Assembly (NCBI GenBank): GCA_004022145.1
Contig: RCNU01000002.1
Direction: 5' to 3' (one strand)
Length of the DNA stretch: 64,000 nucleotides
From: Paecilomyces variotii
Lineage: Eukaryota
Positions 13,384-26,631 of the stretch are shown piece after piece. A program made the translations under genes and the position numbers. Under the pieces are notes generated by a model that saw only the letters and a list, made by a program, of their open reading frames with translations, was not told the origin of the DNA and ran no database searches. Each line of letters begins with the position of its first letter. Position 1 is the stretch's first letter.

Positions 13384-15722
13384 ATGCAATCTCACAGACG
13401 GGATAAAGTGTCTCTGGAGGCGGCACTGGACGAAGAGCGACGTGAGATCTTGGAGCTTTTGGAAGGCCGGAGGTCGTCCAAACAGTCGAGTTCTACGAAA
13501 AAGGATGCCCGTACAACGCCCACCGCCGTCGTGCGAAGCATGCTAGATGTCTCCCCCGATGCCCCGCCTCCGCGTTGTGGCTCAACAACCGCTGGAGCTG
13601 GTGGAACAGCGCTCTCGGGCCGGAGACTATCACTACCTAAACGAAGCTTTAGCGGGGTCCCTTCACCACCGTCTCCGTTGCGAACTTCTCGTTCCGCAAC
13701 TGATTCACCGACAGCTTCCGAAGCTGCCTCGAGCGACACAGCATTGACCCAACGCAGGGCATCTGATGGCACAGACCACATTCCTAGTCCAAGGAGGAAA
13801 GTAATAGGAGACAAGCGGGGATTGGATCTCAGGGACTACAAGTTCGATATGCAATCCAGCATTCCGAACCAGGAGCAATCAAAGCGCGCCTCGCAGGGTG
13901 GTAAGAAGGTTTCCAGCAACAAGGGACTTCACTATCGAAGCTCATTGACAGCTGTGGTGGCGAGGGCTAATCCCACACTTCGAACAGGACCAACTGGGGG
14001 AACAGAGCCTGGCCGACCCAGTTCCAGGCTCTCGACTGTGTCTATTCCGCGGCTGGATAGATCAGCTTCGCCCATCAGTCGTACGCCAAGCCAGAGTTCA
14101 TTAAATCTTGCGCCACCTACCGGGAAGCTTGTTACGGATAATGGGAAGTTGATCGATATGGACCGTGCATACACGCGTCTGTCGGACACTGCGCTGGCGG
14201 GGTCCAGTGGCAGTCTGTCCAACCTTGCGAGGGGCAGCGTGGAATCTGTCAGCGAGGATGGCGACGTGCGTCTAGAGAAGGACTACATTGAAGGCGGGGA
14301 GAATGGTTCCGGAACGATCGACACCAGCGAGGAGGAGATCGACGACACAAGCTCCGGGGAAGATGATCCTGGAACGCATCGGGGAAGGCGTCGTAGCAGG
14401 AAAAAGCTCACAGACTCGTCTACTGCCTCTGAGCACAGTGAAGGAGAGGGGAATGGTGTTGTCGCAGGAAGCGCAGAACCGAAAACTCTCCTTGAGGCGG
14501 CAGAAGAAGAGCGTGAGGGCAGCTGCCAGTATTGGCATAATCACTTTTGCTGACTCTCTCGCAGGCCAGAAGGTTGAATCTGCAAACAAGGACAAATCTC
14601 CTTCGCGTTCGGACTCGTCAAAATCATCAATGAGCGCTGCTGAGAAGTCTTCCTCCAAAAAGGGCGGCGTTCATCCGCGTACTAGTTTCGACTACACAGC
14701 TTCGACTGTCAATACCCCGTACGGATCAGACGATGAAGCAGATCTGTCCGATATTAAACAAGCCCAAAACCTGAGTATTCATCTCTCTACCATCGACACC
14801 TCGGTGCCTAACAGGGCCATTCGCACCGTGATCCGCGGTGACTTCACCCGACTACAGCAAGAAGCGAACGAGGGGAAGCGGCGACAGCGGAAATATTTGG
14901 TGGCAACAGACCTTAGTGATGAATCAGTCTACGCGCTTGAGTGGACAATAGGTACTATTCTTCGAGATGGTGACACACTCTTTGCCGTCTACGCCGTCGA
15001 TGAAGAGGTCGGTACTGGGAAGGATGCAGAACTCGGAGCTGGAGTGCAATCCGTGCAGATCGGAGAGGGGGCAAAAGCGATGCAAGATTCTGCCGCGATT
15101 GTTGGATCCCAGACAGAAAAGACAGCCATCAGCGCAGCCACGTCATTCCTGCCACATGTGCTGGCCGCTCGGCTTGGTACTTCTGAGAGTAGGAGTGGCT
15201 CGGTCGATACACGGGGTCTTTCCAAGGCCGAGCTGGAGCGCATCCATGCTGTCGAAAAGATCTCACAGACGTGCATCAAATTGCTGAGAAAGACAATGCT
15301 TCAGGTCCGTGTGGCCGTAGAGGTCATCCATTGTAAAAGCCCAAAACACATGATTACAGAGGCGGTGAGTCCTTGTTCAGGCACTGTTTTGCTATGGACA
15401 TTCTGGATCCAGCTGACACCTAGTCATTCAGATTGACGGTCTGGAGCCGACGTTAGTCGTCTTGGGCTCTCGAGGCAGAAGTGCTCTGAAGGGGTAAGTG
15501 GCCATACTCCGTACATTCTCTCCTCCCGACGGGTACTGATACATAGTATCATCTAGAGTTCTCTTGGGATCCTTTTCCAACTACCTAGTCGCTAAGTCCT
15601 CCGTCCCGGTGATGGTGGCGCGCAAGAAACTCCGAAAGCACGCCAAATACAAGAACACCCATATCCGTCTTTCGAACAACCTCACCACCCCAAGGAAGCT
15701 TGCCTTTGCCAAGGTTGACTAG
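13384..15722 (+). CDS. Universal stress protein (Usp) domain protein with long disordered N-terminus, 4 exons
   Basis: RKYLVATDLSDESVYALEWTIG and VVLGSRGRSALKG|VLLGSFSNYLVAKSSVPVMV are Usp motifs. Introns at about 14513, 15364 and 15494. TAG at 15720-15722. Confidence 0.88.
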
Positions 15723-16697
15723 GCAACTGTGTGCCTTTGAAGATTCCCTGATTTAATGCAATACCCCACTCTCGATTACGACTGCTTCTCATGCTAACTA
15801 CTGGGAAAGGACTGGGTGACTTTTCAAAGGAGCGATGGGCATGGTTTTCGGCGCTTTCCGGTCATATGTTGAGCTTAGCCAGTTATTCGACGTCTGTCTG
15901 CATGGCACTGCAGATCGCTAGTCATAGCACGTATTTAATATCCAAGAGACATGGTGTGATTGATGAAAGAAGTCCATAACTAGTATTATACTATTATATT
16001 GATAGAATAGTACTCCCTAAGGCACCTCGGAAAGCTCGAAGCCACGTGATTGGGCTGCTTGGGCCTCGGGTTCCTGCCAAGCCGGGAGCTGCGTGTGGGG
16101 AAAAGCAAGCTGAGCAGAAGCTGGGAGAAGTCTCGGATCTGTCTGTCTATCGTCCACAGACGCTTCTCGAGTCTTATCCGTGTGAGACGAGATGTCAGCT
16201 CTTTAAGGATCTTGCTTTTCCCTTACGAGGAGCTCAAACCTCCTGTCTGCTTCCCTAGCACGACATATTCTAGTATCCTCGTCAGACAAGGCTGAGGTGG
16301 GGGCGACGAGCTCTATGTAACGGTGAGAAAGCCGATTGCATGGACTCTTTGCTTGCCTTTTTCGTCTGTCATTCTTGGAATCGGTGCTTGGAGGATATCT
16401 TCTATTGATTCTCATTGATTGCTCTACTGGAAGTGCCATAGTCGATATTGTTATTATGGATATGGTACTAATCACGAACTGGACGAAATATCTATTGAGC
16501 ATCTCAGCCTGGGGTCCAAGCGGTACAGTCTCGTCATTGGAATCGCGTTGCATCCTTCCTTTGAACCACGGGACTCGGAAGTAGAAGTGGGAATCCTTCA
16601 CTTCTCTATCTCATTTCATGTACGAGACTGTACGATAGCATTGATCTGTGGTTCGGACAAGGCTTAGTCCTGGTCGAGTCCCTGCATCTTACGAAAA

Positions 16698-18950
16698 ATG
16701 GTAAACCCAGAGTCAGCGAAAAAGAATTGGATGATGTTCTAACATAGAAGCTAGATAACCCCGTATGCTTACTCGCTGCTCTGCCGATTACTGTCAGTGG
16801 CGCTTGTCCTTTCTGGACTTGTGGACCATGCATTAGGTGGATTTCCACCATCAGCTGCCGATTCGGACATAAAGACCATCCGTTCTCCAGTGGATGGCAA
16901 CATCACAATAAGATACAAGTCACCACCTGTAGGGACATGTATGACTGTGTTCTCCACCCAAAAACAGTACACGGGCTATGTCCACCTCCCACCATTCACC
17001 CTGGCCCCGGTACAGCAGAACTACTCGATAAACACCTTCTTCTGGTTTGTCGAGGCAAGAGAGTCTCCCGAAACGGCTCCCCTAACCATCTACATCAATG
17101 GTGGTCCTGGCAGTAGTAGCATGGTAGGAATGTTCCAGGAGGTGGGACCCTGTGAAGTCGTCGAAATCAGCAAAGACAAGCTGGGTACGCAAGCACGGGA
17201 ATGGGGCTGGGACAGAAGTTCCAATATTCTCTTCATTGATCAGCCGAATCAAGTTGGATTCTCCTATGACAAGCTGACGAACGGCTCTTTGGACCTTTTG
17301 TCGTCAAACTATTCGTTTCCTCCAGCTGATGTTCCGCCAGGGCAGCCTGCGTACACATTCCTGAATGGCACCTTCAGCTCCAATAATCCAGCAAATACTG
17401 CTAATACGACCGCTATCGCAGCACGGGCAGTCTGGCATATGTTGCAAGGGTTTCTGGGCGCCTTCCCGCAGTATAATCCTGGTTTACGTGCGAATGAGAC
17501 TCAGAACGGGCCCGTTGGTATCAACCTGTTTACCGAGAGCTATGGCGGGAAATATGGTCCTGCTTTCGCTGAGTATTGGGAGGAGCAAAACGACAAGTTG
17601 AAAAATGGCACCCTGCCTCAGAATGGGACACTGGAGATCCATCTTGTATCGTTAGGTATCATGCAGGGCTGCATAGACGATCTCGTTCAAGGTCCTTTCT
17701 ACCCGCGATTTGCTTATGAAAATTCCTACGGGATTCAAGCAATTTCTCTTGCGGACCAGCAGGAGGCGGCATCTGCGTTCGTTGCAGAAGGTGGCTGTCA
17801 GCAGCGGATTGAATCCTGTCGGGCTGCAGTGGCGTCCATGGACCCTGAAGGAGATGGCGACAACAGCGTCGCTAACCGGATCTGCGCCGACGCTCAGCAA
17901 TATTGCAATGACAATATCGTGGGATATTACTCCCAGTCTGGACTCAGCGTCTACGATATTTCCCAGGCAGTTTTAGACCCCTTTCCGTCTAATACATACC
18001 TTGAATATCTCAACTCAGAAGCAGTGCAGTCTGCGATTGGTGTGCCTGTGAACTTCACCTCCACAAGCAATGCAGTTGCCACTGCTTTTCAGCAAACAGG
18101 CGACTACGATCGAGGTGGTCAGATCTCCGATTTGGCTTCCCTACTGGAGAGGGGCGTTCGTGTGGCTCTTATTTATGGCGATAGAGACTACATCTGCAAC
18201 TGGGAAGGTGGTGAAGCCATCTCCTTCTCTGTAGCTGCTGCTTTGTCGTCTTATCTGTCGCCTTTTAATCTCGCCGGATACGCACCTATTGTCACGAATA
18301 CAAGCTATGTTGGAGGTGTGGTGAGACAGGTCGCAAACTTCTCCTTTTCCCGCATCTATGATGCAGGGCATCTGATCCCAGCTTACCAACCCGAGACCCT
18401 ATTCACACTATTCACCCGGATTATCCTCGGCTCAGACCTTTCGTCTGGTGAGCCTGTGGACCTGTCTACTTTCCGGACGGATGGCTACGCCAATGCAACC
18501 GCCACCAATACCGCACCCGCGAAGGCCAGTCCGACATGCTATCTGCGCAGCGTGGAGGACACATGTGATAGCACGCAAATAGACATGCTGGAATCCGGTC
18601 ATGGTGTTATCATCAACGGGATCCTATACAAGGAGGAATCCGACTGGAAGTCACCAACGAGTGGCGCCAAAGACAGCGAAGGAGACAGCGAACCTATCGG
18701 TGTCCCAGGCACCGCATCAATTACCATTGGCCCAAGTTCAACGAACGAGCCTAGCAGCGATACAGATCGCGGTTCTCATCACGGCAGCACAACTACGACA
18801 ACACCTGCAACTGGCGTCTTCACCGCAACCAGTACACCATCCATGGTCGGCCAACGAGCAGCAGCCAATTCTATCATCATAAAAATCCCTTCCCGATCGT
18901 ATATATTTCTGATTATGTGGATGTCTTATCTACTCCAGATCATATTGTGA
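16698..18950 (+). CDS. Secreted serine carboxypeptidase (S10), probably GPI-anchored
   Basis: FFWFVEAR, YINGGPGSSS, FIDQPNQVGFSY, FTESYGG (catalytic Ser), GDRDYICN (Asp), YDAGHLIP (His). Ser/Thr-rich stalk and hydrophobic C-terminus. Start inferred from ATG 16698-16700 plus intron 16701-16754. Confidence 0.9.
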
Positions 18951-19592
18951 CCTTGAACCTATCCCTCGCTAGCGTTGCATGGAGAAGCAGAGCGCAAAGG
19001 GACTGGGAAAAGCACAGAATATAAAAGCACAAATAATTGTAGGCAACGAAAGCGTGATTCTTGTACAGCATATGGAGTTATTAATATCATTAATCAATTC
19101 ATCACAAAACAATTCAATTTCTTCTAAAGAAATAAGGGCCTAGGACGGCCAGTCATAAGGTTTTTTTTTTTAAAAAAGTCTTCAAGACTTCAACTATCAA
19201 CTTCTGACCAATACTACAAGATACTGGACAGTCGACAGCTAATAGTCAGCCACTGGGCGGCAATGAGGTCCATGTGTTTCAGGGCAGCACCGAACTTTCT
19301 TATAGAGATTCTTATGCTACAAAAGACAGTGAAAGCAGTTATAGCTCTGATAGATTTAGCTGAGAAATAAACAAAAAGCAGTAAACGGGGAATAATCACA
19401 AATGTATATGCAACATCATGCGCGGGGAGGTGGCCCGCGACCCCGTCAGGGTGTTGTGTCACCTTTTCGCAGAGCCCCTCCCGTTTCCGATACAGCCGGT
19501 CCTTAGCCATCTCTGCATACTTCCTACTCGAATTTTCCGTTACGGAGGGGCGCAGACCCGTTTCACGGATGTCTAGTTTAAGATCCATGCAT

Positions 19593-21625
19593 TTACGCGT
19601 CAATCAAGTTTGCCGACTGCTGCGCGGGCGTCTGCTCCTGCTCGCCAGAGTTGTCCCTGGTATCCTTGCCGGACTTACGGCTTTGACGGGCATAGAACTC
19701 GTCCAAGACCTTCTTGGGGATACGGTTGAGCAGCTCCTTGGGATAGATGCGGAGCAAGTTCCAGGCAAGGTCCAGGGATTCATAAATGGAACGGGATTCG
19801 TAGGGAGACTGGGAAATGAAAGTGCGCTCGAACTTGTCCAGGAACTCGAGAGAGAGCTTGTCTTCGGACGACAGGGCTTCCTCACCAACGACTGCCTTCA
19901 TGGCGGCTATGGAATAGGTCAGATATTGTGACAGTTCAAGATGTAGGAACTCAAAGTCTGGGTACTAACCGGCATCTCGTCCAATGGCGTACTTGGCGTA
20001 CAGTTGGTTGGAGACATCACCGTGATCCTTTCTGGTGTGGCCTTCACCGATTGCAGACTTCATGAGACGTGACAGGGAGGGTAGGACGTTAATCGGGGGG
20101 TAGACACCCTTGTTGTACAACTGACGGTCAACGAAAATCTGACCCTCGGTAATATAGCCAGTCAGGTCAGGAATAGGGTGCGTGATATCTGCGAGTGAGA
20201 ATCAGTATGTTGATCCTGAGACAGGATATAGTTTACATACCATCGTTAGGCATGGTCAAAATAGGGATCTGCGTGATAGAACCATTACGGCCCTCGACAC
20301 GGCCGGCACGTTCGTAGATAGTTGACAAGTCAGTGTACATATAACCGGGGTAACCACGACGACCAGGAACTTCTTCTCTAGCAGCGGAGACTTCACGAAG
20401 AGCGTCACAATAGGCCGAAAGATCGGTCAGGATAACAAGAACGTGCTTCTCAAGCTGGTAGGCATAATATTCGGCGGTGGTCAGAGCAAGACGGGGCGTG
20501 ATAATACGTTCGATACTAGGTAACGGTCAGGATTAGCGTGTCGAATTGAAAATGTCTCATCAGTGAGCCCACTTACGTAGGGTCGTTAGCCAAGTTAAGG
20601 AAAAGAGTGACACGTTCCATACTGCCGTTCTCCTCGAAGTCGCGAGTGAAGAATCGACTAGTCTCCATGTTGACACCCATAGCAGCGAAGACGATGGAGA
20701 AGTTCTCCTCATGACCGTCATGTACATCCTTAGTAGGCTTATTGACCAGACCGGCTTGACGACAGATCTGCGCTGCAATTTCGTTGTGTGGCAGACCTGC
20801 GGCAGAAAAGATAGGGATCTTCTGGCCACGAGCAATGGAGTTCATGGTATCAATAGCAGAGATACCGGTGGAAATCATCTCTTCGGGGTAGACCTAAGCG
20901 CATAGTTAGACAGATCACGTCATATGAAAAAAGAGACCTTGCGGCTTACTCTAGAGTAAGGGTTGATAGGACTACCGTTGATATCCAGATAGTCTTCTGC
21001 CAGCACCTTGGGGCCCTTGTCGATTGCGCGACCTGATCCATCGAACACCCGTCCCAGCATATCTTCAGAGACACCGAGCTTCAAGCTGTGGCCGGTAAAC
21101 TCTACCTTAGTCTGTCGAGTCATCAGTCTCCCTCCTTTCTGTATTGTCACTGTACGCAGAGCCAAATATATCGCACCTTCTTCACATCAATACCAGATGT
21201 GCCCTCAAAGACCTAGCGATCGCTTATGTTAACTATGATATCCACCTAGAGACCAACGCGCAACAACGGTGTGACGTTCGTACCTGGACAACTGCCCTGT
21301 TGCCTGTAACATCGAATAGGTCAGCCTTTAGTAGCCGAAAGATAATCACGTATATCAGCAACTATCCACCTACCTCTAGCTTCCAGAACCTGTCCGGAGC
21401 GCTCTGTGCCGTCGGGCAGTGTCAGGGACACGATCTCATTGTATCTGGGGAACTTGACCTATTTCGGGCAGATAATGATCAGTAATTGAGCTTCAAATGC
21501 ACAGGAACATTATAAAGGTGACGCACATTGTCCAAGATGACCAGTGGACCATTGACACCTCCGATGGTATTGTAGCGGATACGGGGCTTGATGGAGGTCA
21601 TCCGCGGGTCCACGAACTCAGGCAT
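19593..21625 (-). CDS. vma2: V-type H+-ATPase subunit B, multi-exon
   Basis: [85 protein letters not shown] and [10 protein letters not shown] are diagnostic V-ATPase B sequences. Confidence 0.97.
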
Positions 21626-22893
21626 GATGACGACGGCGCTCACCGAACGCGGAGAAGCAGCGCAAGATATGAAATAATGCGATGACGGTGGAGGTTCAGA
21701 GTAGGGTCAGAGGAAGAGCGGAGCGGTGATGGTGGGGAGAGCTGCTCGATTGCCAGAGCAGTCGGGGAATTCAGGTTGAGATAGACACGGGCACCGCCAT
21801 GGTCGATGATGGAGCTCCCGCAGTAGTAGTAGCTGCTTGGCCCGCGGGTCCTACCACTTCTTCACGTGACTTTGACGCGCTTCCATCTAGATAACCTAGT
21901 TAACTACTACGAATCAAACTATTACAATACAACAGCTGTTTCAACTTCTGCTCGTGGGCTCTGTGATGGAGACCACGTTTTGTTCTCTATTGAAGCGCTC
22001 TTGGGAAGAAGATGACTCCAGATGAACGCACGATACTGGGAACTACAACCAGAACATCATGGTCTGCTTCATCCATCTCATTGCTGCCCTGTCTGCCAGT
22101 TCTGGTAGAGAACAGAGGTCTGAAGGAGTTTAACCACCTTGCCGATTTCTATGGTGATCTATCTGTGTTAATACGGTTCAAATCTCAGGTGTATTGGCAA
22201 AAAGCAGGGTGCTCCTGTCATTGTCACTTGATATTCGTCTAGTCGAAGCAGTTGAAGACTGGTCATGTCGCTCCATCGTACGAGGAGCATGTTCATTTCA
22301 TATTCCTTAGTTTCCATCGCATGGGGAACTAGCGATGACGATGATAAGCCCCATTAGATGGCAACTTTCGATATCGAGGCCTTACAGCCTCTACATGTTG
22401 TAACAGCCTCTGAACCCGTCATTGGATGCGAGGTTTACTTTTCAGATATTAACCGATCTATACCAACTGGCATTGCACGATTTACATCTGGGTCCTTTGG
22501 AGGAATTCATTTATAACTACAGCCACCATGCTGATATCGTGATTAGTGGGTGGCCCTCTTTACACCAGTCGCTGGAATGCCTATCCCGATCCGTCATTTA
22601 TCTTCCTGTGGTGGTTGCGGTGCATCTCTGTCTCAATCCATACCTTTGACCGTCTTCTAGTCCCTATATCTATGTTTTCGTTCTGCTGTAAATCTGTGCT
22701 TGGGCTTTCCTCACAGATGCTAGCATATATCCGGCTCGTATATGTGCATACAGCACTCTGTCCACTCGTCGGGCTAGCCACTCAGGTAGGTATCCACATG
22801 ATACGAGCAAAGTCACTGCACCTTGCGGCTATCTTATCATTGCGATTGATATATGGGATAAAAAAATCCAAAGGGCAAAAAGGAATCCACCAA

Positions 22894-22968
22894 CGTCCCT
22901 GGGAAGGCTCGAACTTCCAACCTCTCGATTAACAGTCGAACGCGCTAGACCAATTGCGCCACAGAGAC
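22894..22968 (-). tRNA. tRNA-Asn(GUU), copy 1
   Basis: Reverse complement GTCTCTGTGGCGCAATTGGTCTAGCGCGTTCGACTGTTAATCGAGAGGTTGGAAGTTCGAGCCTTCCCAGGGACG: cloverleaf, A and B boxes, GTT anticodon. Confidence 0.96.
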
Positions 22969-23054
22969 ATGTGATGTTCATTGGTCCGGCATAGGTTTTA
23001 TGTGGTGGCGGACAAAAGCGGAAATAATGAAGTTCAAAAAATCAAAAAAGTAAA

Positions 23055-23129
23055 CGTCCCTGGGAAGGCTCGAACTTCCAACCTCTCGATTAACAGTCGA
23101 ACGCGCTAGACCAATTGCGCCACAGAGAC
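23055..23129 (-). tRNA. tRNA-Asn(GUU), copy 2
   Basis: Identical 75-nt sequence, followed on the minus strand by oligo-T Pol III terminators. Confidence 0.96.
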
Positions 23130-24064
23130 GTATTTGTGTGATCGATCGGCAACTTTAGAGAAATATTAAGCCGATCCATCAAGCGTACTTCCTTAATTAC
23201 TCAATTCGGTTGTTTTGCTGCCGCTTTTGTTTAGAGGATAATAATACCGCAATGTACTACTCCGTAAATGATATCGCTATCGTGAATATACTTATTAGCT
23301 GAAGCTAAAGCTATACCTTTTTGTATTCGCCTCTTTATCTGAATCCTTCTTTCTGGTGCTACCGGCATCTCTTAAGATTTAAAGAGTGCAAGTTACTATT
23401 ACTCGCTGCGATGTGGAAAGCAGTAGTAGTATCTGAGCTCTTTGTAGGTTCTGGGTCATGAATAAGCGACAGATCCTAGTAAGTTCAGGTGATTAACGAA
23501 TTGTAGGAATATCAGTCTAACACTTAGCCTCTATTTTTGCTTCCATGCTCTAAGACTCGACGCGCGCACATACAGCCCTAATAAGGGAGAAGAGGCACGT
23601 GTATATAACTGCACGAGGGAAACCCCAGCTCCTGAGCATACTATGTGATCCTGTGAGACGAGTTACTGGATTGGTTACCCTCTGTTTTTAAACCAGCTAT
23701 TACACCCATTCAGACCGAGTTAACTTGCTCTGATACAAGAAACAGGGAGTCACAGCTCTAGCCTAAAGCTTCGGTACCTCCTCTAGTGTCGATACATGAA
23801 CCCATTGGAAGCTTCTCCGGTTCCTCGTTGTCTTCAACCTTCTTGTCGCGACTAAGGAAAGGTTCCTTGGAAGGTTAACATAGAGGCAGTGAGGTATTTG
23901 CAAGTTTCTCTGGTCTCGAAGATCGCTAGCGCATCTAGAATCGGGTACCTGCGTCATGCCTTATCCAATAACATAGCAACATAGAGAGCTGTTTAAAGAA
24001 TCGAAGTCGTGATAATCATTTTCTCCTTATAAATCAGAGCCTGGAAACACCATACATCAAATAC

Positions 24065-24139
24065 GTCTCTGTGGCGCAATTGGTCTAGCGCGTTCGACTG
24101 TTAATCGAGAGGTTGGAAGTTCGAGCCTTCCCAGGGACG
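24065..24139 (+). tRNA. tRNA-Asn(GUU), copy 3
   Basis: Identical 75-nt sequence with oligo-T runs downstream. Confidence 0.96.
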
Positions 24140-25845
24140 TCATTTCTTTTTTGCTTTTTTTGATTTTTGAACTTCAACTCCACCCGTATCTCCACCGGGA
24201 TGAGAGTGGCCTATACTTAAAGGAATTATTCACACCAGGGTATCTGAAAGAATACCCTACCGAACTAGCCGCCTACGCGCATCTGATGTCTTGTATGGTG
24301 TAGCGTAGACACACGTATTTATATCATTCAGTTGCTGGAAATCGAAAAGCGGCACCGGGACTATATTTACATTGCATGTGCATAATAAACAAGGGCACTT
24401 CACAGTTGTATTTGTTCATCTTAAACTTCTGGGCGCATTATTTTAATGCACCCGGGAAAATGTGATGACATTCGCGAGACACAGTTTAGAAGAATAAGGA
24501 CCTCTAGGCCCATGGAGCTAACAACTATTGAAGAACCAAGAACCAAAATGATGGACGCTACGTAAGTTCTTCGTCTAAGACTATACAGATTCTAGAAGCG
24601 AGAAGCGCACGTGGCTGATATTTCCTCTCAGGCACCAACTCTACGATCACTCTTCGCACCACGGTAGAATCCTGAACTTGTCATTTTTCCTACATGAAAT
24701 GTGCGTGAATAGACACCTATTGATACAATGAAGCCCAGATGATTAGAACACGGAATGTTGAGACGCATCCATTTAACACTCCAAAGGGCCACTCTCTGTC
24801 TTCAGGTCACAGCCTAAGTATATGCTATTTTGACAAAATATCTAACTTGACTTCCATAAATCACAAGGCAACCCCTCGTTTCTAGAGTTTTATCATACAA
24901 AACCATGGAACAGGCTTAACGAATTCACATCGAGGGTATCCGAAGATACACATTGCGAAAAAGTAGATTCCGCCTCCGTCGACCCGTGTCCTAAAGTACC
25001 TCACTGAGCCCTTGCGTATATCTTTTTTACGAGCTTCTCTAGGTGTGCTTTTCGCACTTGATGATATGAGCAAAACAGAATAAACTCCCGGCGGCTTTTA
25101 GTCTCCGGGACCCTGATTTCAAGGTTCCTGCTGTGATATCATCGAGCTATCATCCTCAAGGCTATCGCAGTCCAAGAAGGAACGAAATGTTGCTCTCAGA
25201 GTGATGTTGTTGGAAACCCGCGCCTGTAAGCTACGGCGACTTGACAGCTAGTACGCCGGCTCTCGATTCCATCTCGCCATTTCCCGACCACTACCCGCAC
25301 TATGTCTCCTGTCTAGTATTTTGGAGATCATAACATTCTACTTACCACTTGGTGAGTTACACCGTATCCTTCATGCTTCTCTTGCTGGTGGATACGATGC
25401 CGTCTATCCTGACTAGGAGTGCTTCTCGACAAAAAAGACATCTCAAGATTAAACGGTCCATGTCTGTCTGCTACCTCGTAACATGGGATATGAACGTATG
25501 TGGCCACACCCCTCGCCCCTACCAATTATTGCCCGTCGTCTGGAAGCTCCTATTTCCATGGTTTCACCCCGTCACAATGACCTGTACTGCTCTCTACCAC
25601 TGCCATCTGGCTCATATCATTTAAAAGGAAAAATCCCCTATTGGATACATTCAATGGTTTGAAAATGCGTTCCGATAATCTATGATGGTCAATTTCATCA
25701 TTTCCGGTGTTGCATTGTATACATATATCTCTTCTCGGCCTCAACATCTCAGTTTCCTTGGCGAACAGCATCAAGTTAGGGCCTCTGATACTGTCAATCT
25801 TCCTGTCAGAAACCTCGAAACATCTCAGCGGTATCTCTGGGCAAG

Positions 25846-26631
25846 ATGAATGCTTTTACTCTTCTCGTGGCTCTTGCGGGCTCATCATTCGCCCGTCCGC
25901 AGTTCGCTGCGTCCCCAGTTGGGACTTCTGCTTTGAATACTCACCCTTCTCCATTCAGTGCAGTGCCTCATTCCACCAGCTCTCATACTTCTCTGTCATT
26001 TCACACTACCTTCTCGACCAGCTCGACTTTACACGCCAGTCCTTCCGTCCATGTCTCAGTCCACCCTAGCTCTCCTCACGTGAGTACATCGACTACGGCT
26101 ATTCCCAGACCGACGACTGCTCCAGAAGCCCCTGCTGCTTGCCCCAATCCCTTCAGGGAGACATCATCTCCAGCCCCGGGGGTTTCTCATACTACGCGGG
26201 TGTCATCGAGTTCAGCGCACCCGACAGTCACTGTTACTGTTCCAGCCGCATGTCCGGCAGCTCCCGCTCCTGCAACGATCACAGTGACTGAATGTCCTGC
26301 AGCCAGTGTTCATGCCAGTTCGCCAGTCAGTCACCCGTCTGTTGCTGCGACGAGCCCGCACATTGCCTCGTCCGTCAGTCATCCTGCCAGCGCTCCAAGC
26401 ATTAGTCACACTTCTAGTCATCCTGCGAGTGCTCCAAGCATTAGCCACACTTTCAGTCATCCTACGAGCATTCCGGGCATTGGTCACACTTCCAGCATTC
26501 ATACTACTGCGAGAATATCTACTTCGACGGTGCACGTTGTCCAGGCCACTTCATCCAGCTTCCATGTGTCGCCAACCACCCGGTCGCCCACCGTTTCTCC
26601 AAGGGTTACAGGCTCTCCAACACCCATATAG
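25846..26631 (+). CDS. Secreted Ser/Thr/His/Pro-rich mucin-like protein
   Basis: Signal peptide MNAFTLLVALAGSSFA. 261 aa, low complexity, with TVTVTVP-type segments, PAACP twice and an internal 13-aa repeat. Confidence 0.75.
   Translation: MNAFTLLVALAGSSFARPQFAASPVGTSALNTHPSPFSAVPHSTSSHTSLSFHTTFSTSSTLHASPSVHVSVHPSSPHVSTSTTAIPRPTTAPEAPAACPNPFRETSSPAPGVSHTTRVSSSSAHPTVTVTVPAACPAAPAPATITVTECPAASVHASSPVSHPSVAATSPHIASSVSHPASAPSISHTSSHPASAPSISHTFSHPTSIPGIGHTSSIHTTARISTSTVHVVQATSSSFHVSPTTRSPTVSPRVTGSPTPI
26377..26493 (+). repeat. Intragenic 39-bp tandem repeat x3 (SHPASAPSISHTx)
   Basis: AGTCATCCT-starting units at 26377, 26416 and 26455. Confidence 0.9.

Noticed and set aside
21862-21870. GTCACGTGA (CLEAR-like) box upstream of vma2
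   Set aside because: The same E-box occurs before stn1 and the LeuB-like gene, so it is most simply a generic Cbf1-type site.
22546-22932. 128-aa ORF
   Set aside because: Runs antisense into tRNA-Asn copy 1 and has no protein features.
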